From the NCBI GenBank assembly GCA_018398765.1, contig JAHBMJ010000139.1:1-55590 (forward strand): DNA of 55,590 nt, read 5' to 3'. The notes below the pieces were generated by a model. That model made no database searches, was not told where the DNA came from, and was given only the letters and a program-made list of their open reading frames with translations. The first letter of the stretch is position 1. Each line of letters starts with the position of its first letter. The translations under genes were made by a program, and so were the position numbers. The DNA is from Chromera velia (taxonomy: Eukaryota). Shown here one piece after another: positions 40,117 to 50,006 of the stretch.

Positions 40117-42077
40117 CCGCAAATATAATAGCTAAATTATAAACCATGCAAAAATTATAATGGCTTCGACAGCTAGCTTTGTTCTATACCAGTAGTAGTA
40201 GGAGGCTTTGTTTATAAAGCATGATAAAGCATGATACTAGCCGTGACATCCACTGACTGAGTATGACTCTATATAAACGACAAGATTTTAATGACTGTTA
40301 TAAGCTCCAAAGTGATGTGCACAGCCCTGCATGGGTTACATAACCTAGTACATAACGGTTATTTCTTATAATTTATGACATAGATCATGACCTCACACCA
40401 CCTTCCAAGGAAACTTCCGCGCTAGCCCCCGCATCCTTTCGCACCTCCACACCCCACAAAAGCGATTCCACATCTTTCCGTTTCACCCAAAGGCCGAAAC
40501 ATGTCATTCCATTTTCTCAGGAGTGGAAAGCGATTCTTTACTACCCGGGTAAGGACTTGTCCCAACTGAACCCTGTGAGTGATAACTCTGGTCTTATGCC
40601 CCTCGTCTTTCAGTACAGCAAGGGGTAAACAGAGAAGCTGGGGGCATTGCCAATTACAGTCGCCCATGGTTGTGGCTGGGACGTGCGGCCTGCGGGAGAG
40701 GGTAACTTGACGGACAGGGCAGGCTTCGCTAGGCGAGTGCGCGCTCGCTTTATGATTTACAAGACTGACCGGCCGTGGAATGTTAGTGTACTTTCTGCTT
40801 CAAAGGCTGTTGCAACGGCCCTTGAAGATTTGATGAGAAGGATACCAGAGGCAGTATAGAAGCCATCGTTGCGTCATAGTGCTCAATTAACAAGAAGCGT
40901 TTTCTGGTGGCAAGAGGGAGGCACAAAGCAGCAACAGACGGCAGCATAGAGGGAGAGGCATGCTAGACATCCGGTACTAGAGGAAGACTGAGTGAACTAG
41001 AGTACTAGTGAACAAACTGATATTTTCTCTAGGTGACGCACAGTGGAAAAAAAAAAAACAGAATAGACATGTCGACATTTTTTTTTTCTTTTTTTTTTTT
41101 AGTCTGATGGTTAAAGGTCCAAGTGAACGTAGCAAAAGTAGGTTTTATAGTTAGATGTGTTTTTGTTATCTATGTTTGCATGGCACTTCCAATAAAATAA
41201 TAATAAAAAAATAAAAAAGATTATATAGGCTTCTCAAGATTTTTTTTTTCTTTTTTTTTATTATTGTGCGTCGCCTAGTGTTTTCTTTCTTTCCCCCTTT
41301 CTTTCTTTTCTTCGTTCCTTCTTTCCTACCTATTAAAGCCTTTACGATTTCTTTAGCTCTTCAGAATCTTAAACGAAGTTCTTCTTCTTTTCCCTAAAAG
41401 ATAATCTGCGTCAGCACACCCAGACCAGAACGGTCCTTTTCTCTTTTCTAAATGTATCCATGTTCTACCGGCCTAGCTACCGGTAGTTACAATGGCTTCA
41501 AAGTGGAATGGAAGAATGCATGTGTTGTGATATGATGTGTCGTTGGATGTATGCATGGTGTGGAGTAATGTGTATTGATGTATGGTGCAAGGCGGACGCC
41601 AAACAACTAGCATGCAGGTCTAGGGTTTCGGCCCCGAACACAATCTAATCCTGTAATCCTGTAGAAACGCCTAGACTCAGAGGCTAGCACGGAACTAGGT
41701 GCGGAACGAATTAATTAATCAATTAATCAGGCAACATCAAGCGTGCCTTAGGGCGTGCCGAAGGCGCGGCGATTTCAAATAGGTACGTTAGACCGCTAAA
41801 CCGCCTAGCGTATACAGTTACTACTCGTTCAAAAATGGACCTTTAAATAGTGTTTTTGAAAATATAATTTAATTTAGTAGATCGAGTCTTGTTTTAAAGC
41901 GTCCTAGTAAACCGTCAAAGTTATTTTCAACGCCGGAGCCTAGAGAACCGTGATGCCGTGTTATACCAGCCGCGCGGGCCGGGCGGGTTCCGCCGGTTAT
42001 CAGTACTGGTGTGCCAACACCACTGCAACAGTGGTGTTGAATCTGCACGTTTCGATTGGAATCCATGTTTATTCTAT

Positions 42078-45000
42078 TCACTGACAGTTCCCGTTCACTC
42101 CACACGCCGTGAGGACCATCTCAGCAGCAAAGTCATCCGACTCCGGTGCCAGCAATCCAGCACCCTCTTCGGAATCTGCCCCACCCTCCCCGTTTATTGC
42201 CCTGCCTGCTTCCCCTTCATGAGAGAGAAGCCCTCTTCCTTCTTCCTGTACAACCTGTGCTCGACTGCGTGCATCTCCAGCAATGTCCTCAGAGTCTCTT
42301 GGCTCTTCTGCTGCATGTACACTTGAAGAATCGGCAGCAGAGGAAGAAGGGGGAGGTTGAAGAGACGCAGAGGAGGCCATGAGATCTTCAATCAAGTCAG
42401 CCTCCATCTGCTCGTGGCGTGGCTTTACAGACTGGCTGCCCTTTTCCTTTCCTTTTCCAGTCTCTTCGCCTCCTCTTCCCTTAGTTCTCGAGGAGGAAGA
42501 TGCTCCTCCCTCCTTCTCCCTGCGAGCCGCCCTCTCCCCCTGTCTTCCCCTGTCGGTGTCTGAGATGGAGATGAGAGGTCGGAGGGCTTTGAGGAGAGAA
42601 GAGAACAAGTTGGGGTTTTCAAACTCTTGCTGACTCAGGAGCATCTTCACGCGGTGTCTCTGCAGGAAGGCAGGCAGACAGAGAGAAGAACAGAAAGAAA
42701 AAAGAGATGTCAACCTCTAAACTCTCCGTCTTCTTACTCAGGGCAAATCAAGGACCCTAGCAAAGCCCCTCCATTCCATCCCTCCCTCCATCCATCCATC
42801 CATCCATCCAACAAGACAACCAGGCAGACAGGAAGACAGACGAACAAACCAACAGACTATACGGCTCTTCCTTTTCCCTCCTCCTTTTCAGGCACAGAAT
42901 AGACAAAAAATAAAGAATGAACAAAACAAGACAGAGAGACTCAGGCAGTCGGGCAAAAAGACAGAACGAAGAAGAAGAAGAAGAGGAAGAAGAAGGAGAA
43001 CCCAGACCTCTTTCGGTGCAGCAAAGCAAGCGGGGCAGTTGTCGGGCACCACAGGGAGTTTCACCTCCTCTGCGAACTGCGCGAGCTGCCTCTCTCTGCA
43101 CAGAGCGAGAGGCCTGCACACACGGAGGTCGCCTTCCTCGACTGTGTAGTGGGCCTGCATGGAAGGAAAAGGTTGGACGAGCAAAAGCAAGAGCAAAGAC
43201 GGACAGAAACAATTAATCCAAAAAATCCGTCTCTACGTTCTATTTGCAGTGGACTTAGCAGACAGCCTTGAAGTTAATGGGCAGAGGGCATGCGAGAGAC
43301 AGCGCGTGCGTGAAGGGAGAAACTTCGAAAGAGATTGGCTCGGGGAATGAGTAAGCGGTTGTACGCTGGAAGGATGAAGATGCTGCACCAGAGTAGAAGA
43401 TGGTTTGCAAGGATTGAATGAGCATATCAAAAAGAATGGCAGTCAAAAAGAAGAGACATGTGGACGAATCCAATAAGGGCCAAGCATTCTACGCGCATCT
43501 ATCGGTAGACAAGAGTGACGAAAATTCAATCCGAACGGTCTTCGAGAATTCCGACAAGAAAGAGTACATGACTGACTGACTCACTGACTGACTGACTGAC
43601 CGACCGACCGACTGACTGACTGACAGACTGACTTTCATGGTGTTCAAGGTTCCATTGTGGAAGGCAGACATCACGAAGGACTCCGCCAAGTCGTCCAGAT
43701 GCTGGCCGAGAGCGAGAACTGTGTACCCATACTGCATGTGAGCGTGTATATGTATTTACAAATCATCTCCTCAGAGTCGAGTGTGCGGACTCGATTCCAA
43801 CGAGAACAATTCGAAAAAAAAAAGACAGAAATCGATGTAGTTGATTGATTTGTGTGAGGTGTTGGTGCGGGGCACGAAGGGGGGGTTCTGGGGGCAATCG
43901 GGAGAAAGGAAGAGGGGGTTGAACGGAAAAAGAAGGGTTCACCAATTCCTTCAGAAGTCAAGTGTGTGCAAGGGAGAGAAAAAGAGTGAGTGCCTTTCTT
44001 CGTGTCGTGCCGGAACACATCCTTTTCTGTCAATCATTCAAAAGAGTGAGAATCATAATGCACTTCAACATGAAAAGACTGCCTGTTAGAACGACTTGAC
44101 GGACCTTTCGCATACAGCTGTACAGAATGCCTCTCTTCATACGCGAGCAGAACGCACACACCGATTGCCTCTGCATGTGGTGTTTTGCGAGCTCAATCAA
44201 GGGAAAACTGAGGAAATGGTAAGTGATGCCCAGCTCCTTGCAGTACTCCATCAACGAATGGGGTTTGTATTCGGGTGTCTGGGGATCGACGGTGGCGGCC
44301 GCGACCTCAAAGCGGACTGGGGCCCTGCGAGAGAGGTCTCGCAGCAAGTGGAGCATCGAAAGACTGTCCTTGCCCCCGGAAAGTCCGACAAGCACCCGAT
44401 CTCCCTCCCTGATCATCTCAAAATCCCTCACAGCCTCTCCAACGAGACGACGAAGGTGTTTGGGTGTGTCGATGAAAACGCCTTTCGGGACAGGACGGGA
44501 AGGGGACGTGACGGCAGAGGGCCAAGAGCTCAGGTGCCTGCTGACCCTCTTCGTACTTCCATTTGCTGTTTTTTCTATTACCTGTTCAGGGGCTCCGTTC
44601 ACGTCTTGCGCAGGAGGGTGTTTCTTCTCTTCCTCTTCTGCCCCAACCATTCCTTCTCTTTCTTCTTTCCTGCACACCCCCCTTCCGTTGGGCTCTCGTC
44701 CCTTTTCCTTCCTTTTCTGCCGTGCATACATCTCCGACAACTCAGCTGTGCCGTCCACTATGCAAACACCTGTCCCTCGCCCCTTGGATTCTCCCTCTCT
44801 TTCCTGGCTGGAGCTCGAGTGATTCTCTGCACCAGCTGCTGGAGACTGAGAGGGTGCGGAAGGGACCTCCAATTCCTCTGTTGTGGTGTCATTCTTTGTC
44901 TGCACTGTCTCCCCCTCCGTGTTCCTTCCTGTCGTTTCGTTTTCTCTCCCGTTCGTACTGCTGTCTCCTGTAGGGTGGAGACGACAGGCGTCCTCCTCAG

Positions 45001-46308
45001 GAGACGGTTTTTTTGTCTGAACCGAATCTGAAGCCCCGTCTTTCTTCTTCACCTCTGGTCTGATCTCACCTTCCAAGGACCCCAGAGCAGCAGGGGAGAA
45101 GAAGGGGGTCTCGGGTCTGCGTGCCAGTGCCTCAAGCACAGCAGTCTCCCCTCGCGTCTCCTTCAGATGCTCTGGATTTCTCTGTCCACTCACCGCCTCC
45201 TTCAATTCTCCTGTGGAGGGAGACAGAAAGGAGACGAACTTCGCCCCTCTCTTGCTCAATTTCGGATCACTCCCATCTCCACTCAACCACTCACAAGCCG
45301 ACATTCCCGGAAGAAACGACTCTTTCTTTCCCCACCCAGCGCTGAGAAGGGAAAATGCTGCGTCTGCAGGCAAAGCGAACCACAACAAATCGGAAAACTC
45401 GGCGGGAAATGCGGACACCCCACACTTCTCCTCTGACAGTGCCAGAGTTCCGCTCGAGTACAGGCTGCGCAGGTTCCCTTCTGCTGCGGCTATGAGATCA
45501 TCAGCCTTTCGGGGACACACAACGTCCTCCTCTTTGCTGCTCTGTACCAAAGACGGCCGACCGGGGCGACCAGAGAAAAGAGAGAAATCGGACAACCAGA
45601 GGCGGGTCTCCCCATCTTCATGCCCCTTCAACCGATGTTTCCACTCGCCTGTCTCGAATTCAAAACAGTACGCAGGGAGAAACTTCCACCCGTGCGTTGC
45701 CACGAACTCGACTGCAGAAGCGATCACTTCCACCTCATCCCATGTCTGACTAAAATGGACCCCCACACGTGTAAACCCAGGTCTCAGCACTTCTGCTCCT
45801 GTCAACGCGAGCGCCTTCTCCGTTCTGGCGCTCGCTTCCACGGACAGACCCATCAAATACTGCGCATACGGACCCGCACACGCACACCCAGCACGTCCCT
45901 GAAGTCCAAACAAATCGTTCAGCAGCGTTGCCACAAAGGAATGATGCAAATACAGAGACTGCCCCCCCTCTTTCTCTTCATTACCGTAAGAAATCAAAAA
46001 GGAGACAATCCCCGCCCGTCTGTCCATAAATCCCTGCACCCCTGTGTCACACCCCAAAGACGACACCCCCCCTCCAAGAGCTGCTGAGTACCCCCCCGAA
46101 CCCCCAAGAATCATAATCCGGGGATGCTCCGCCCAGCGCTCGACAAGGAAGGACGCCATTCGTGCCTCCCTCTCTGCAATTCTCTCTGCCGAGAGCTCTG
46201 AGTGGAGACGCAGAGCCAGACCCACTCGCACACACGCAAGCAGATCAGGGCTGCCCGCCTCTTCACGTTCTTCTGGGTGCTGCACGGACACAGAGAGGGA
46301 GAGGGAGG

Positions 46309-46366
<58 letters not shown>

Positions 46367-47995
46367 AATGCACAACATTTGAACTGACGCACTGGAGAGA
46401 GATTCATGCATGAGGCACGCGAACCTTTTTTATGCCCTTCTTCCTCCTGCCTGCCGTCATGGACCTTCGTTTCTTTCTGACTTGCTTACCTCTTTCGCTT
46501 GGATCTGCCTCCGTGTTCCTTTTCTTTTTGTTCTCTTGGTTCTTCACCTACTTCCTTCTTGTTTTCTTTGTTACTTCTCTTCCCGTCTGTCCCTCTTCTG
46601 TGTAATCCCTGCCGATCCTGCAGAGCATTCTGACAACATCTTCAAAGACACGACCGACCTTCACGTATGAATGGTTGTCCTCTGAGACGAAAAACACAAC
46701 ACCCCCTCCCGGACACCCAGGCACTGCGTTCTGCATCCATTTCTTCTTCATGACCAAAACCCCTGTCGATCCAGGACCCCCCAAGAATTTGTGGGGGGAG
46801 AAGAACCCGACGTCTACAGACCCCGCAACGTCGTTGGGAGGAGAAACGACCGGGCGAATATGAGCAGCACGAGCAGCAAAGTCGACGCACGCCATGCCAC
46901 CGTATGAGTGCACGAGATCACAGACACGGGACACGTCAATGGAGATTCCCGTAACGTTGGACGTCGCGCAGATGAGTGCGACAGGGAGGACGTCGAGTTC
47001 GTCCTGCTCGTCCGATCTTCTCTTGGTCTCCTTTAACGCTTTTGTGAGGGACGATATACAGAGGCTGTGAGAAGATGAATCGATTTCCAGGGACACAAAG
47101 CTGAACGATACCTCCTCGCCTCCTTCGTCTTTCTTCCCTTCACTCTCTAAGACAATCTCTCTGAAGGGAAGAGACAAAGAGTGATGGGCCAAGGGGTCAC
47201 AGAGAAACACCACCTCTCTCTTTCTCTTCTGTCCCCCACCCGCCTGATCGCCCTCGCGAACTTCCTTTTGACCTCTCCCGCGCTCTTCCTCCAAATGTGA
47301 CGCAGAGGTGCAATGGGCTCGAAACTGCGCCTCTGTCTTCATGCGAACGTTACAGAGCTTGCACAGATAGGAACCCCACCGGTCGACCTCAAGAAAGGCA
47401 GGCGGGGAGTTTGGACAGGCGGCGGAAGAGCCGCTCTGTCCTGGGCGCCGCCACCCGCTCTTCTTCATGATCTGGATGAACGCCGACACCGCTCCTGTGC
47501 ACCCGTGGCCGCAAAACATAAGAGCGTCGTCGTAAGTCGCCCCGAGGAAGTTCTTTGCGATTTGGCGTGCCTCGTTCCTGAAGAATGTTGACTGACGCGC
47601 AGTCGCGTTCTGGAGGGTGTGTGTATTGCCTGCACACACAGAAAGAGACGAGGGATGAGGATATCTTATCGATCGATCCAAGACCGGACTCAAATGCCTG
47701 GATTGCACGACGAAGGGATTGACTGACCATAGTGTGGGAGGACGTTCTTGGAGATAAAGGTCTCGACTGAGGAGAGGAACTTTCCCGACGCGGTGTGGTC
47801 AGCGTAGGTGACGGGCTTTGTGCCGAAAGGAGTTCTGATTGCTGGAGACTCAAGACAGTCCTTCGCAATCTTCTCCTCACAGAGAGAATCAAAAGATGAA
47901 GCGCTGTCGACTTGCGTGGAAGGAACAGTGTGAGGGTCGGTTGAGGAGGGTGCAGCGCGAGACGCACTCTCTCCTTCAAAGTTGTATCGATACAT
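42078..47995 (-). CDS. Fusion of a class-V PLP cysteine desulfurase (with inserted C2H2 zinc finger) and a TtcA-like tRNA 2-thiocytidine synthase, ~1413 aa
   Basis: Exons 47995-47728, 47629-46659, 46279-44105, 43731-43633, 43154-43008 and 42659-42078 total 4242 nt in one frame. Desulfurase motifs: YADHTASG, YGNTHT, ATSNVTG, DFAA, SPHKFLGGPG, EEAGSP, RAGCACA. TtcA motifs: SGGKDS, CAFCSRMKRG, LGQHLDDLAES, RPL, CPAC. Both halves share exon 3. Confidence 0.92.
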
Positions 47996-48594
47996 CCTCC
48001 CTGGCGGTTTGATTTACAGGATTCACACAGAAGAAAGGAGACGGGTATCTCTCACAAGCGACTGAGCAAACGGTTGGTGCTCGGGCTCTGTGACAAATTG
48101 CACGAGTGGTGGACCGGCCTTTAGCTCTGGAAGGGGATGCGAATTCAGATCTACACAGAATACTCGTACGTGGGTACAACCGTTCACTGGTGAGGTGACA
48201 TGGTCACCGTGACATTCATCACCGTAGGCTCTAGCGGTTTTCGGCGGCGACGCGACCCACAACACATCCCACAACATATATGCGGGTCCGTTGCATGCGC
48301 GCGCGCCGCCGCACTGACTAGCCACCGTCTCTGCGCTTTTCCGTCTCCCACAAAATTCGTCCTCGTACAGTGATGTCCAGTGAGGAATACCGACTCTCTT
48401 CACAAGCTGTACGTTGGGAACATCTCTCATCAGTCGACAGAGAGCTGAATTTGTGACACAATTTCGAGTATATACTGGATGACTCTTTGAATTTATCGAT
48501 CGATCCTCTTCTTGTTTTCTTTCGCGGTGTATTCTGCTGCTCATTCAGTGAGTGGGCGCTGAAAGCAGAAACGGAGAAAAGAGGATAGACGAAA
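47996..48594. promoter_or_regulatory. Probable bidirectional promoter between the desulfurase-TtcA gene and BUB3
   Basis: ~600 bp between divergent ATGs, with a central TTGCATGCGCGCGCGCC element at ~48291-48307. Similar cores occur at ~18595-18730 and ~30817-30875. Confidence 0.5.
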
Positions 48595-49578
48595 ATGAAC
48601 ACCCCACTGACAGACATCAACGAACCACCCTTGGACTGCATCACCAGGGTGCAGTTCTCCCCGACGCAGGGTGAGTCCCTCCTTGTAGCGTCGTCATGGG
48701 ACGGGTCTCTGCGTATGTACGACTGTAACAAGAATGCCATGCCCATCGCTTACGGTACCAACAAACCGATTCTGGACTGCTGTTTTATGGCCGACTCCAG
48801 AAGGGTGGTCTTTGGGGGGTTGTCTACGGAGGTTCGAATATTTGGCACAGCGGACAGCAGCAGCATTCTCTTGGGGAAGCACACGAAGGCAGTGAGGACG
48901 GTTTGTTACCACAAAGACCATCGCATTTTCACGGGTGGGTGGGACATGTTGGTGAAGGGGTGGGACCCCAGATCTCCCCAACCGACAAGCACAACCTCAG
49001 TCGGCCATAAGGTCTTCTGTATGGACTGCAATGACAGCAAAGTGCTTATCGGGACCTCCAACAAAGAAATTGTTATTTTTGATGTGCGGAACATGGCCCA
49101 ACCTTGGCACGTTGTAGAACCCCTGAAATATCAGTTGAGGTCAGTGAAGTGCTTCCCCGATCAGACCGGGTTTGCAGCCTCGTCCGTGGAGGGCCGAGTC
49201 GCGTGGGAGTATTTCGCCAACCCCTCCCCGAAACCGAAGTATGCCTTCAAGTGTCACCGTGAACCGATTGAAGGAGTGGAGCATGTCTATCCCGTCAATG
49301 CTTTGGCATTCCATTCGAAATACGGTACATTTGCCACCGGAGGGGGAGACGGGACCGTCTCGATTTGGGATGGGATGGCAAAGAAGAGGTTGAGCAGAGT
49401 TAGCAAACAGAGCGTGGGGGTGTCCGCCCTCTCCTTTTCGGCCGACGGAACCGTCCTTGCTCTCGGGCTGTCCTATACATTCGAAGAGGATGAAAAAGAG
49501 CAGATGCCTCCAAATGCCATCCGTCTGCGCCACCTCCAAGACAATGAAGTCAGACCCAAGAACCTTTCCTCCGGGTGA
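48595..49578 (+). CDS. BUB3: Spindle checkpoint WD40 protein Bub3 (Bub3/Rae1 family), intronless
   Basis: 327-aa ORF with LLVASSWDGSLRMYD, LKYQLRSV, SSVEGRVAWEYF, KYAFKCHR, VYPVNALAFH..YGTFATGGGDG.V.IWDG..KKRL. Confidence 0.9.
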   Translation: MNTPLTDINEPPLDCITRVQFSPTQGESLLVASSWDGSLRMYDCNKNAMPIAYGTNKPILDCCFMADSRRVVFGGLSTEVRIFGTADSSSILLGKHTKAVRTVCYHKDHRIFTGGWDMLVKGWDPRSPQPTSTTSVGHKVFCMDCNDSKVLIGTSNKEIVIFDVRNMAQPWHVVEPLKYQLRSVKCFPDQTGFAASSVEGRVAWEYFANPSPKPKYAFKCHREPIEGVEHVYPVNALAFHSKYGTFATGGGDGTVSIWDGMAKKRLSRVSKQSVGVSALSFSADGTVLALGLSYTFEEDEKEQMPPNAIRLRHLQDNEVRPKNLSSG

Positions 49579-50006
49579 ATGTGAGTTAGCGAAGGGAGGG
49601 GGCTGGATGAGCAGAGTTTGTGTTGAAAGAACCAGGCCCAGTCTAGCTGCCAGTGCACATGTTGAGCTAGGAAAGGTGGAGCCAAGTGTGACAGATCGAG
49701 GCAGCGGTGAGGTTTGGGCCGAACTTTGGGAACAAAGGAGGGCCAGCTATTGCTGGCAGGAGAAGGGGTGTGCGCGTTGGCCCATGGAGTGGCCGATTTA
49801 TTTAGAAGTCATTGTGTGAGGGCCGCCGCTCTGTTTTTGATCGCATCGGAGGGGTAGCAACAACTGCAAATCTCAAAGAGAAAGGGGAAAGGAGCAGAGC
49901 AGGAAAAAACCGTGTAAAAACGCTCACAGAGTGAGAGACGCTGGCGTGTAGGCGTTTTTATATATGCATCTAACTATATCAATTTGTATAATGCATCATG
50001 ATCCGA

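Noticed and set aside
40510..40900. Possible Tc1/IS630 remnant (ILYYPGKDLSQLNP…LEDLMRRIP)
   Set aside because: Only a loose resemblance to PxxSPDLNPIE; I could not build a consistent frame or find TIRs.
42015..42039. Perfect 11-bp hairpin CAACACCACTG-caa-CAGTGGTGTTG just past the TGA of the TtcA fusion; considered as a Helitron end or SECIS
   Set aside because: It lacks the SECIS core geometry and is too short. A Helitron reading would put the host gene inside the element, and no matching 5' end was found.
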